64,000 nucleotides of DNA from NCBI GenBank assembly GCA_002314855.1, contig DCHQ01000039.1, positions 70,726 through 134,725 of the forward strand, given 5' to 3'. A program made the translations under genes and the position numbers. This document shows, one piece after another, positions 20,190-30,291 of this stretch. Below the pieces are notes generated by a model. The model saw only the letters and a list, made by a program, of their open reading frames with translations, was not told the DNA's origin and did not search any database. This DNA is from Lachnospiraceae bacterium UBA1748 (GTDB taxonomy: Bacteria; Bacillota; Clostridia; Lachnospirales; Lachnospiraceae). Positions within the stretch are counted from its first letter, which is position 1, and the number at the start of each line of letters is the position of its first letter.

Positions 20190-21410
20190 TTATTCGGTAA
20201 CTTCTGAAGTAGCCTCAGGTGCAGCATTTTCAGATGTGCTGCCTGTTTCGGAATCAGAATACTTGATGTTTTCCTTTATGTAATCATCAACGCGGACCTG
20301 AATAAGGTTAGTTGCAAGATAGCCCCATCCATAAGTCTTAACATAAGAGTTGAATGTCTTTTCGTCAGTACCGTTTGAAATAAAGTAATCCTTTACTTCA
20401 TCCTTTGTTACTGTAATGCCAAGCTCCTTAGCTAAAGCAGCGTTCTGAAGAATCTTGATCATTGTTCCTTCAGCGCTCTGACGAACGAGTAGTTCATAGC
20501 TTGCTGCTGGATCAGGATCCTCAGCAATACCATATACATCGTAGAGAGTGGCATTAGCACCATACATCTGATTAAGAGAATCAAGATTTCTAAGATCATT
20601 AGCCTTAGCATCTTCGATAAGTCTGTTCATAAAATCTTCAGGATAAGAATTGATTGTACAGTATTCATTAAGTGCAGCCTGAATTAATTCATCACGCTTG
20701 TAGTCCTGATATTCTTTAGTAAGAAGCTCTCTGTATTCTGCAGCAGAAGATGCCTGGTCAGAAAGATGTTCTGAAACAAATGCATCATCAAATGCTGGAA
20801 TAATATAAAGACCAACTACCTTAAGCTCATAATGAACTGTTTTACCAGCAAGCTCTTCTTTTTTCCAGTCTTCAGGATACTCGCGGTCAAATGTGATTTC
20901 ACTTCCGACATGGCTACCGATAAGAAGCTGATCTGCTTCGCTACCAAGTGTTTCATATCCCATTGTAATAAGACGTGGGTCGCTCTCTGTATATGTCTCG
21001 TACTCAGCACCATCAATTGTTGCTTCGTATGCTACGTGGAGCTTATCACCATAAGCGATGACACGTGATGGATCATCGTCAATAGTAGTATTATCTGTAA
21101 GCATCTGATAAATATCTGCCTCTACAAGTGTTGATACATTCTCAACATCATTTCTGCTGATAATCATACTGTTAAAATCAGATACGCAGTAATCATCGAT
21201 ATTGATATTCTTGAAAGTACCGTCATTATTGAAGTACTTAACGTAGATACCTGAGTTATTGTTTCTGTAGTTAATGAAAACAACTGCTGCAATTATTATT
21301 GCCACTGGAATGATGATAGCAAGCACAGCTCCTATATGTGATTTTGTCTTTTTGTATCTTGCCTGCTGCTGAGCGAGACGCTTAGCTTTAGACTTACTTA
21401 TTTCTGCCAT
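20190..21410 (-). CDS. Membrane-anchored trigger-factor-like protein (FKBP PPIase plus C-terminal chaperone domain)
   Basis: Basic N-terminus, one TM helix, then GDKLHVAYEATIDG...LIGSHVG...YPEDW...LAGKTVHY FKBP-like segment and helical C-domain. Confidence 0.75.
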   Translation of the reverse strand: MAEISKSKAKRLAQQQARYKKTKSHIGAVLAIIIPVAIIIAAVVFINYRNNNSGIYVKYFNNDGTFKNINIDDYCVSDFNSMIISRNDVENVSTLVEADIYQMLTDNTTIDDDPSRVIAYGDKLHVAYEATIDGAEYETYTESDPRLITMGYETLGSEADQLLIGSHVGSEITFDREYPEDWKKEELAGKTVHYELKVVGLYIIPAFDDAFVSEHLSDQASSAAEYRELLTKEYQDYKRDELIQAALNEYCTINSYPEDFMNRLIEDAKANDLRNLDSLNQMYGANATLYDVYGIAEDPDPAASYELLVRQSAEGTMIKILQNAALAKELGITVTKDEVKDYFISNGTDEKTFNSYVKTYGWGYLATNLIQVRVDDYIKENIKYSDSETGSTSENAAPEATSEVTE

Positions 21411-21586
21411 ATATTAATACACCTTTCTAATAGTATCGCTTTTATATGAATCGTTAAAAAATACGACTATAAGAGTATATCATATTTTGTTGATATATAA
21501 AGTAAAATAACGCTTAAATTGTATGAGTTTGGTGTATAATTATTATTGGGTAAATTTGTGGTGTTTTGAAAGGTTGATACCAGTTA

Positions 21587-23365
21587 ATGGCTAAATGGAT
21601 GTTACGAAGGAGATCGGCTGATTTTACCGCTATCTCCAGAGAATTTAATATAGATCCTTTACTTGCAAGACTTTTAGTTAATAGAGGAGTTATTACAAGT
21701 GAAGATTTTAAGGCTTATCTAGGTGATGATGGAAGCTATCATAATCCACTTCTTATGAAAGATATGGTGCTTGCAGTTGATATCCTGGTAGATAAGCTTA
21801 ATATGGGAGCACATATTCGTATAGTAGGGGACTATGACGTGGATGGTGTGTGCTCGTCAGCCATATTAAAGAAGGGCCTTGAATATATGGCCAGGGAGCT
21901 AAGTAGCCGTAGTGAGATAGACGTTTATATACCTCACAGAATAAAGGACGGCTATGGGCTTAATATGAGTATTATTGAGAATGCTTATAACGATGGAGTT
22001 GATACTATCCTTACCTGTGATAATGGTATTTCTGCTATGGCTGAGATTGAAAGAGCTGTAGAGCTTGGTATGGATGTGATTATTACAGACCATCATGAGG
22101 TTCCATACAAAATATCAGGTGAAACAAGAGAATATCTGGTGCCACCAGCCCTTGCAGTTGTGGATCCAAAGCAGGAGGACTGTGATTATCCATTTAAGGG
22201 AATATGTGGGGCATTTGTGGCTTATAAGCTTATTGAGGCTATTATAACCTCGATGGAGGGTGATGAAACTATCCTTGGAGAGCTTGAAGAACTTGCAGCC
22301 ATTGCGACAGTGGCTGATATCATGGAGCTTACTGATGAGAACAGAACCCTTGTAAAACGAGGTATTAAGAAATTGGCCACGCCAGCCAATATTGGTATTC
22401 AGGCTCTTAAAGATGTTTCTGGATTAGACGGCGGAGCAGTTAGTACATTTTCGCTAGGATTCATTATAGGTCCTTGTATTAATGCGGCAGGGCGTATTGA
22501 TAGTGCGTCAAGGTCTCTAGAGCTTCTTCTTTGTGAGAACAGATTGGAGGCCATGAATATGGCCACTGATATTCGTGGTCTTAATGAAACAAGAAAGCGT
22601 CTTACTGAGCAGGCTGTGGCTGAAGCCGACAGGCAAATAGAAGAGCACGGCTATGCTACTGACAAGGTGCTTGTTGTATACATACCAGATTGCCACGAAT
22701 CAGTTGCAGGTATAGTAGCTGGTAAGATTAAGGAAAAATATATGAGACCTTCGTTAGTCATAACCAAAGCTGAAAGCGGAGTAAAGGGTTCTGGCAGAAG
22801 TATAGAAGGATATCATTTATATGATGAAATGACAAAAGTGTCAGATATATTTACCAAGTTTGGTGGTCATTCTCAGGCAGCAGGCTTTTCTCTTGAGGAG
22901 GACAGAATTGATGAACTTCGTCAGAGGCTTAACGAGAACTGTACTCTGACAGAGGATGATATGCGAGGCATACTTCGCATTGATGCCGATGCGCCATTTT
23001 CATACTGTACTCCAGGATTTTTGCGAGAGCTTGATAAAATGGAGCCAGTAGGCCAGGGCAATGAAGGCTGTATGTTTGCACGTAAGGATGTAAGTCTTGT
23101 ATCAGGCAAGATGTTTGGAGGAAGTGGTATCGTAGGTAAGTACCGAATGCGTGATACGGATGGAGTTATTTCAGAGCTTACTTTATTTAGAAAGAATGAT
23201 GATCTTAGAAATATGCTTGTTAGTAAGTACGGCGAGAAGGCAGTAACTGATGCTTATAATGGCAATGGTAACGGAGAGGTTAAGCTTTCGGTAGCTTATT
23301 ATCCTAAGTGGAATGAATACCAGGGCAGAAAAAGCGTGCAGCTTATAATAGAAGATTATTGTTAG
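21587..23365 (+). CDS. recJ: Single-stranded-DNA exonuclease RecJ
   Basis: GDYDVDG, TCDNG, TDHH, GSGRS and FGGHSQAAG motifs. Confidence 0.96.
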   Translation: MAKWMLRRRSADFTAISREFNIDPLLARLLVNRGVITSEDFKAYLGDDGSYHNPLLMKDMVLAVDILVDKLNMGAHIRIVGDYDVDGVCSSAILKKGLEYMARELSSRSEIDVYIPHRIKDGYGLNMSIIENAYNDGVDTILTCDNGISAMAEIERAVELGMDVIITDHHEVPYKISGETREYLVPPALAVVDPKQEDCDYPFKGICGAFVAYKLIEAIITSMEGDETILGELEELAAIATVADIMELTDENRTLVKRGIKKLATPANIGIQALKDVSGLDGGAVSTFSLGFIIGPCINAAGRIDSASRSLELLLCENRLEAMNMATDIRGLNETRKRLTEQAVAEADRQIEEHGYATDKVLVVYIPDCHESVAGIVAGKIKEKYMRPSLVITKAESGVKGSGRSIEGYHLYDEMTKVSDIFTKFGGHSQAAGFSLEEDRIDELRQRLNENCTLTEDDMRGILRIDADAPFSYCTPGFLRELDKMEPVGQGNEGCMFARKDVSLVSGKMFGGSGIVGKYRMRDTDGVISELTLFRKNDDLRNMLVSKYGEKAVTDAYNGNGNGEVKLSVAYYPKWNEYQGRKSVQLIIEDYC

Positions 23366-23387
23366 AAATACAGGTTATATTAATTAG

Positions 23388-25607
23388 ATGTTTGTAAAAG
23401 TAATAATAGATATTTCTCATGAAGCAGTGGACAGGCCTTTTGAGTATATTGTGCCACCTAGCCTTGAGGGTAAGGTAAGCGAGGGTAGTCGCGTTATAGT
23501 GCCATTTGGTGCTGGTAACAAGGAGCGAAAGGCTTATGTTGTAGCCCTAAGCGATAAGGCAGAATACCCAGTGGAGCGACTTAAGAGTATTATAGCCATT
23601 GATGAGAAGGCTGTTGGCATTGAGGATGAGCTTTTTGCCATGGCAGCATGGATGAGACACCGATATGGATGTACCATGAACACAGCTCTTCAGACAGTGC
23701 TTCCTGTGAAAAAGAAGATAAAAGAGAATATTTATAAAGTTGTTAGCTTGAATGTATCGGGTGATGCACTTGAGGCTGCGCTTGATGAAAGTAAGAAAAG
23801 CGCAAGGTTTGCTGCAAGGCTTAGGCTTTTAAAAGAGCTTATGCAGTCAGAAAGCTTACCATTATCGATGATTACTGGCAAGCTTGGTGTATCCGCATCA
23901 GTAGTTAATACTATGGCAAAGAATGGATTAGTTCGTATTGATAGTCAGAGAGAGTATCGTAATCCTAAGGCGCCGTCTATGGCCAGGAAGGATATTGTTC
24001 TATCAGATGAGCAACAGGCTGCTATTAAAAGTATTGCTGACAGGATGCATAGCGATAATCCTGGAACAACACTTCTTCATGGTATTACCGGAAGTGGCAA
24101 AACAGAAGTATATATTGAACTTATACAAAGAGCCATCGACGATGGCAAGCAGGCAATAGTTCTTATACCTGAAATAGCACTTACTTTCCAGACGCTTATG
24201 AGATTTTACTCGAGATTTGGTGACAGAGTATCTGTTATTCATTCAAGACTTTCTGAAGGCGAGCGTTATGATCAGTATGAAAAGGCTAGAACAGGCAAGC
24301 TTGATATTATTATAGGGCCACGATCAGCCCTGTTTGTGCCATTTGACAGGCTTGGAATCATAATAATAGATGAGGAACATGAAACCTCGTATAAAAGTGA
24401 GAAGATGCCTAAGTATCATGCAAGAGAGGTGGCAGAATATATTGCTGAAAAGAAGAAGGCACTGCTTCTTCTTGGCTCAGCCACTCCTTCCATTGACAGC
24501 TTTTATAGAGCTAAGAGTGGCAAGTATGATATAGAGGTATTATCTAATAGAAACGGCGGCGCTAAGCCGGCAACAGTACATGTTGCCGATATGCGTCAGG
24601 AACTTAAGAATGGTAATAAATCTTACTTTAGTAAGAAACTTAAGGATTTGCTTCGAATGAGGCTTCTCAAGGGCGAACAGACCATGCTGTTTATTAACAG
24701 GCGTGGGCTTGCAGGATTTGTATCCTGCAGAGATTGTGGCTTTGTACAGAAGTGTCCGCACTGTGATGTATCTTTATCAGAGCATGCAGGTGGTAAGCTT
24801 GTATGTCATTATTGTGGCTTTAGTATGGATAAGCCTACTTTATGTCCTGAGTGTGGGTCCAAGTTCTTTGCTGGTTTCCGTGCTGGAACAGAGAAGATTG
24901 AGCAGGAAATCAAAAAGCTTATGCCAGGCGCCAGAGTTCTTCGTATGGATGCTGATACCACTAAAAATAAGGATGATTATGAGAAAATCCTTTCAGCATT
25001 TTCAGCAGGAGAAGCTGATGTGCTTGTAGGAACTCAGATGATTGTTAAAGGTCATGATTTTCCGAACGTAACACTTGTTGGCGTAGTTGCAGCAGATTTA
25101 TCATTATATGCATCGGATTACAGGGCAGCAGAGCGTACATTCCAGCTTATTACACAGGCAGCAGGACGAGCGGGCCGTGGGAATAAGGCAGGAGACGTTG
25201 TTGTTCAGACATACCAGCCTGACAGCTATGCTATAGTGCATGCAGTTAATCAGGATTATGCAGGCTTTTATAATGAAGAGGTACTATATAGAGACTTAGC
25301 TGATTATCCACCTCTTAGCCATATGATGGCCGTGCAGCTTTATAGTGCAAGTGAAGAGCTTGCGGATAATACTGCAGCAGAGATTGTGGCTGGACTTAAA
25401 GGGCATTTTAATGATAAGGTTATTATCGGACCAGCTAAGGCTGTTATATCAAGAATAAATGACGTGCACAGGATGGTTATATATATCAAGGATAGTGAGA
25501 TAGATGAACTAATAGCCGTCAAAGATTATGTAGATGGTATGTCAGCTGGACTTGATAAGAACAAGATAAGTATTCAGTATGATATAGATCCAATAGGATC
25601 ATTTTAA
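23388..25607 (+). CDS. priA: Primosomal helicase PriA
   Basis: GITGSGKTEVY, DEEH, four CxxC Zn knuckles and KGHDFP motifs. Confidence 0.97.
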   Translation: MFVKVIIDISHEAVDRPFEYIVPPSLEGKVSEGSRVIVPFGAGNKERKAYVVALSDKAEYPVERLKSIIAIDEKAVGIEDELFAMAAWMRHRYGCTMNTALQTVLPVKKKIKENIYKVVSLNVSGDALEAALDESKKSARFAARLRLLKELMQSESLPLSMITGKLGVSASVVNTMAKNGLVRIDSQREYRNPKAPSMARKDIVLSDEQQAAIKSIADRMHSDNPGTTLLHGITGSGKTEVYIELIQRAIDDGKQAIVLIPEIALTFQTLMRFYSRFGDRVSVIHSRLSEGERYDQYEKARTGKLDIIIGPRSALFVPFDRLGIIIIDEEHETSYKSEKMPKYHAREVAEYIAEKKKALLLLGSATPSIDSFYRAKSGKYDIEVLSNRNGGAKPATVHVADMRQELKNGNKSYFSKKLKDLLRMRLLKGEQTMLFINRRGLAGFVSCRDCGFVQKCPHCDVSLSEHAGGKLVCHYCGFSMDKPTLCPECGSKFFAGFRAGTEKIEQEIKKLMPGARVLRMDADTTKNKDDYEKILSAFSAGEADVLVGTQMIVKGHDFPNVTLVGVVAADLSLYASDYRAAERTFQLITQAAGRAGRGNKAGDVVVQTYQPDSYAIVHAVNQDYAGFYNEEVLYRDLADYPPLSHMMAVQLYSASEELADNTAAEIVAGLKGHFNDKVIIGPAKAVISRINDVHRMVIYIKDSEIDELIAVKDYVDGMSAGLDKNKISIQYDIDPIGSF

Positions 25608-25625
25608 TAAATAAGGAGAAAAGAA

Positions 25626-26123
25626 ATGGCAATCAGAACTATTAGAACAATTGGTGATGAAGTATTAACTAAGGAGTGCCGTGAGGTTACTAAGATGAAT
25701 GACCACACAATCACTCTTATTGAGGATATGATAGATACTATGTACGAGGCTAATGGTGTTGGACTAGCAGCTCCTCAGGTTGGTGTACTTAAGCGTATCG
25801 TTGTTATTGATGTGGATCCAGAAGAGGCTAATCCTATTATTCTTATTAACCCAAGGATAGTTGAGACTGATGGAGAGCAGACAGGCTACGAGGGATGCCT
25901 TAGCGTACCTAACAAGTCAGGAGAGGTTACAAGACCTAACTATGTTAAGTGCGAAGCTCTTGATATAAATATGGAGCCAATCGTAGTAGAAGGTACAGAA
26001 TTACTGGCAAGAGCTATTTGTCATGAGTGTGATCATCTTGATGGGCACCTTTATGTAGAGCTTGTAGAGGGTGATCTTATAGATAATCGTGCTAGCCAGG
26101 CCGATGATGAGGATGAAGAATAA
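25626..26123 (+). CDS. def: Peptide deformylase
   Basis: GVGLAAPQ, EGCLS and HECDH motifs. Confidence 0.97.
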   Translation: MAIRTIRTIGDEVLTKECREVTKMNDHTITLIEDMIDTMYEANGVGLAAPQVGVLKRIVVIDVDPEEANPIILINPRIVETDGEQTGYEGCLSVPNKSGEVTRPNYVKCEALDINMEPIVVEGTELLARAICHECDHLDGHLYVELVEGDLIDNRASQADDEDEE

Positions 26124-27049
26124 TGAAAATAGTTTTTATGGGAACTCCTGATTTTGCAGCAATGGCTCTTGAGAAGCTTGTAAGTGCAGGTCATGAGATA
26201 ACTCTTGTTGTGACCCAGCCTGATAAGGAAAAGGGACGTGGCAAGCAGGTTCAAAAAAGTGATGTTAAGCTTGTAGCAGAAAAGTATGATATACCGGTTT
26301 TTCAGCCTGTAAAAATCAAGACTGAGGAGTCAGTAGAGATACTTCGTGGTTATGAGGCTGATATATTTGTGGTTGCTGCCTTTGGACAGATATTATCCAA
26401 GGAAATCCTTGATATGCCAAAGTACGGCTGTGTTAATATTCATGCGTCGCTTCTTCCAAGACTACGTGGTGCAGCACCTATTCAGTGGTCGATTATTGAT
26501 GGCGATGAGAAGACAGGTGTTACAATTCAGCAAATGGATGTAGGGCTTGATACTGGTGATATATTAGCAGTAAAGGAAGTGGAGATAGCTAGTGATGAAA
26601 CAGGCGGAAGTCTTTTTGACAAGCTTGCAATAGCTGGTGCTGACCTTATAGTAGAGACACTTCCATTAATCGAAGCAGGAAAGATTACTCCAGTACCTCA
26701 GGATGAGTCACTTAGCACATATGCTAAGAAGCTTTCTAAGGATATGGGACTTATAGACTGGAATATGCCTGCAGTAGCCATTGAACGATTAATAAGAGGC
26801 TGTAGTCCATGGCCAAGCAGTTATTCTAATATTGGCGGTAAGTCACTTAAGATATGGAAAGCAGTAGTTACTGATACTAAGGCAACTCCAGGTGAAGTAT
26901 CTGAGGTTACCAAAGAGAGTATTACAATTGGATGCGGCGAAGGTTCGCTTGTAGTAGAGGAGCTTCAGCTTGAGGGAAAGAAGAGAATGTCAGTTCACGA
27001 TTTCCTTTTAGGCTACCACATTAATGTGGGTGATAAGCTCGGAGTTTAA
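26123..27049 (+). CDS. fmt: Methionyl-tRNA formyltransferase
   Basis: FMGTPDFA and NIHASLLPRLRGAAPIQ motifs. Confidence 0.97.
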   Translation: MKIVFMGTPDFAAMALEKLVSAGHEITLVVTQPDKEKGRGKQVQKSDVKLVAEKYDIPVFQPVKIKTEESVEILRGYEADIFVVAAFGQILSKEILDMPKYGCVNIHASLLPRLRGAAPIQWSIIDGDEKTGVTIQQMDVGLDTGDILAVKEVEIASDETGGSLFDKLAIAGADLIVETLPLIEAGKITPVPQDESLSTYAKKLSKDMGLIDWNMPAVAIERLIRGCSPWPSSYSNIGGKSLKIWKAVVTDTKATPGEVSEVTKESITIGCGEGSLVVEELQLEGKKRMSVHDFLLGYHINVGDKLGV

Positions 27050-27050
27050 T

Positions 27051-28406
27051 ATGGATAAAAAAACGACTGAAAACAGAAGAATAGTATTAGCCATACTTAT
27101 GGAGGCAGATGAGGGAGACAAGTTAAGTTCTCTTCTTAAAAACTCCCTTGATAAGGTGGACTATATGGATAAGCAGGACAAGGCTTTTATTACAAGGCTT
27201 ACCAAGGGCTGCATAGAGCGAAGAATAACGCTTGATTATGTGATAGCTCAGTATGCCAAGACCAAGAAGCTTAAGCCTGTTATTCGTAATATCCTAAGGA
27301 TGGCCATATATCAAATACTCTTTATGGATTCGGTAAAGGATTTTGCAGCCTGTAGTGAGGCGGTTAATCTTGCCAAAGAGAGAGGCCTTCAGGGATTATC
27401 AAGCTTTGTTAATGGAGTACTTCGTAACATAGCAAGAGAAAAGGATTCAATAAAGTGGCCTGATAAAACTAAAAGCTATCAGCAGTATCTCTCTGTATAC
27501 TACAGCGTTCCAGAATGGTTAGTAGATTATATCGTAAAGCTATATGGTAAGGATAAAGCTGAGGCAATGTTTGATGCTATGGATCAGGAATCAATGGTGA
27601 CTATAAGAGTCAACGAAGAACTTCCTTCTTCTAAAATAGCTGATCTTATTATGTTCATTGAAAGATCAGGTACTAAGGTGACCAAGCATCCATATTCAGA
27701 TTATGCGTATTCTCTTGACGATGTTGGTGGTGTAGCTGGACTACCAGGCTTTAATGAAGGCTTATTTACAGTTCAGGATATTAGTTCTCAGATGGTTATC
27801 AATATAGCTGGTATCGAGAAGGGTAATCTCGTTCTTGATATGTGCGCTGCTCCTGGTGGTAAGACTATGCATGCGGCGTTACTTGCTGGCGATGAGGGCA
27901 AGGTTATTGCCCGAGATATAAGTGATGACAAGATAAGTCTTATAGAGGACAATGCTGACAGACTAGGAATAAACAATGTCACCTGTGAGGTTCATGATGC
28001 AACTAAGCTTGATGAATCAATGATAGAAAAGTGCGATGTTGTTATTTGTGACGCACCTTGTTCTGGCCTTGGCGTAATGGGAAGAAAAGCAGATATAAGA
28101 TATAACGCTAGCTTAGACGGTATAAAATCGTTGGCACAGCTTCAGAGAAGCATTATTGATAATGCTGTTAGGTATGTGAAGAAGGGCGGTATCCTCATCT
28201 ATTCTACATGTACCATTACTAAAGAAGAAAATGCTGATAACAGAGCATATATCCTTGAAAAAGGTATGAAGGCAGCAGGATTTGATGATAAGGTGAGCTT
28301 TCTTGATGAAAAGGCCAGGCTTATGGCTGCTGACGGTGAACTTCAGCTTTTACCAGGTCAGCACGATTGTGATGGATTTTATATTTCTAGGTATATTAAA
28401 GAATAA
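27051..28406 (+). CDS. rsmB: 16S rRNA m5C967 methyltransferase
   Basis: NusB-like N-terminus, DMCAAPGGKT, DAPCSG and YSTCT motifs. ATG 27051 follows GGAG. Confidence 0.95.
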   Translation: MDKKTTENRRIVLAILMEADEGDKLSSLLKNSLDKVDYMDKQDKAFITRLTKGCIERRITLDYVIAQYAKTKKLKPVIRNILRMAIYQILFMDSVKDFAACSEAVNLAKERGLQGLSSFVNGVLRNIAREKDSIKWPDKTKSYQQYLSVYYSVPEWLVDYIVKLYGKDKAEAMFDAMDQESMVTIRVNEELPSSKIADLIMFIERSGTKVTKHPYSDYAYSLDDVGGVAGLPGFNEGLFTVQDISSQMVINIAGIEKGNLVLDMCAAPGGKTMHAALLAGDEGKVIARDISDDKISLIEDNADRLGINNVTCEVHDATKLDESMIEKCDVVICDAPCSGLGVMGRKADIRYNASLDGIKSLAQLQRSIIDNAVRYVKKGGILIYSTCTITKEENADNRAYILEKGMKAAGFDDKVSFLDEKARLMAADGELQLLPGQHDCDGFYISRYIKE

Positions 28407-28427
28407 ATATTAAGGGACAAAGTCTTA

Positions 28428-29480
28428 ATGAACAGTACTGATTTTTTAGAAAAAATAGATCTTAAATCTCTTGAGCTTGATGAGCTCACTGCTCTTGTAG
28501 TCAAGCTTGGAGATAAGGCGTTTCGTGCCAAGCAGCTTTATGACTGGATGCATGTGAAACTTGCAGAGAATTATGATGCAATGACCAATGTGTCTAAGAG
28601 CCTTAAAGCAGGTCTTATGGAGAAATGCGACTATACACATCTCGAACTTGTACAGCTTCAGGTGTCTAAGGAAGATGGAACAAAGAAGTATTTATTCAAG
28701 CTTCAGGATGGTCACACAGTTGAGACTGTATGGATGAAGTACAAGCACGGTAACAGTGTATGTATATCATCTCAGGTTGGCTGTCGTATGGGATGTAAGT
28801 TCTGTGCATCAACACTTGATGGTCTGGCAAGAAATCTTCGCCCATCGGAGATGCTTGAGCAGATATATGCGGTGACCAGAGAAACAGGAGAGCGTGTATC
28901 CAATATAGTAGTAATGGGTACAGGCGAGCCTATGGATAACTTTGATAATATCGTTAAGTTCATTAAGCTTATATCCTGTGAGAATGGTATTAATATCAGC
29001 CAGAGAAATATTACAGTATCAACCTGTGGTATTGTTCCTAAAATGTATGAGTTTGCTGACCAGGGGTTTGCAGTAACTTTGGCTCTTTCTCTTCATGCTA
29101 CTACTGATGAAAAGAGAAAGACTATTATGCCTGTAGCCAATTCATTTACAATAGCTGAGCTTATGGATGCCTGTCAGTATTATTTCGACAAAACAGGGCG
29201 CCGTATAACCTTTGAATATTCGCTTATAGGCGGGGTAAATGACAGTGTGGAGGAAGCCAATAAACTATCTGAGCTTGCAGGACCACTTCATGCTCATATT
29301 AATCTTATTCCGGTAAACCCCGTTGTCGAACGAGGATTCAAAGAATCGGACCGTAGTGCCATTGAAGCGTTCAAAAATAAACTTGAAAAAAAATCAATAA
29401 ATGTTACTATTAGAAGGGAAATGGGCAGAGATATTGACGGTGCCTGTGGGCAGTTAAGACGTCGATTTATTAACGAATAA
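28428..29480 (+). CDS. rlmN: 23S rRNA m2A2503 radical-SAM methyltransferase
   Basis: CISSQVGCRMGCKFC, MGTGEP and DIDGACGQL motifs. Confidence 0.97.
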   Translation: MNSTDFLEKIDLKSLELDELTALVVKLGDKAFRAKQLYDWMHVKLAENYDAMTNVSKSLKAGLMEKCDYTHLELVQLQVSKEDGTKKYLFKLQDGHTVETVWMKYKHGNSVCISSQVGCRMGCKFCASTLDGLARNLRPSEMLEQIYAVTRETGERVSNIVVMGTGEPMDNFDNIVKFIKLISCENGINISQRNITVSTCGIVPKMYEFADQGFAVTLALSLHATTDEKRKTIMPVANSFTIAELMDACQYYFDKTGRRITFEYSLIGGVNDSVEEANKLSELAGPLHAHINLIPVNPVVERGFKESDRSAIEAFKNKLEKKSINVTIRREMGRDIDGACGQLRRRFINE

Positions 29481-29529
29481 AATCGTTAAAAAATGTCTGT
29501 TTTATGTTAATCACAATCGGAGGATTGGT

Positions 29530-30273
29530 ATGTCTGTTAAAGCTTATTCCATTACGGATATAGGTAGACAACGACAAATGAATCAGGACTATGTATTCAC
29601 ATCGGAAGTACCTGTAGGGGCACTCCCGAATCTTTTTATGGTTGCAGACGGTATGGGTGGCTATAAGGCTGGTGAGTTTGCATCTAAGAATACGATAGAT
29701 ACTATTATCAATGAGGTTATGCGTTCTAACGAAAAATCTCCTATTAAGATTCTTCAGAATGCAATTCAGTGCGCTAATCTTAGAATTAGAACTAAGTCAA
29801 CCTCGGACGAAAACTTCAGGGGCATGGGTACAACTCTTGTTCTTGGATATTTTGATGGAAAGCAATTATGTGTTGCCAATGTTGGTGACAGTAGATTATA
29901 TGTAATTGGCGATGAGATGCGTCAGATTACAACAGATCATTCTCTTGTTGAAGAGATGATTCGTATGGGAGGACTTGAAAGGTCCAAAGCAAGGCTACAT
30001 CCTGATAAGAATATTATTACTAGGGCAATAGGTGTAGCTAATCAGGTAGACGTTGATTTCTTCGAAGTGGACGATGTTCGCGACGGAGATTTAGTGCTTC
30101 TTTGTTCTGATGGACTTACCAATATGCTCGAGGATTCTGAAATAGAAGAAATCGTGCGTGGTGAGGGCAGTATCAGTACAAGAGCTAATAGACTTGTGGA
30201 GGCTGCTAATAGAAATGGCGGTAAGGACAATATCGCCGTAGTTCTTGTACAGCTTGTATTTGATGGGGAATAG
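29530..30273 (+). CDS. stp: PP2C-family Ser/Thr phosphatase (Stp1/PrpC)
   Basis: NQD, VADGMGG, GMGTT, NVGDSR, CSDGL and GGKDN motifs. Confidence 0.95.
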   Translation: MSVKAYSITDIGRQRQMNQDYVFTSEVPVGALPNLFMVADGMGGYKAGEFASKNTIDTIINEVMRSNEKSPIKILQNAIQCANLRIRTKSTSDENFRGMGTTLVLGYFDGKQLCVANVGDSRLYVIGDEMRQITTDHSLVEEMIRMGGLERSKARLHPDKNIITRAIGVANQVDVDFFEVDDVRDGDLVLLCSDGLTNMLEDSEIEEIVRGEGSISTRANRLVEAANRNGGKDNIAVVLVQLVFDGE

Positions 30274-30291
30274 TTTTCAAGGAGTTTTTTA

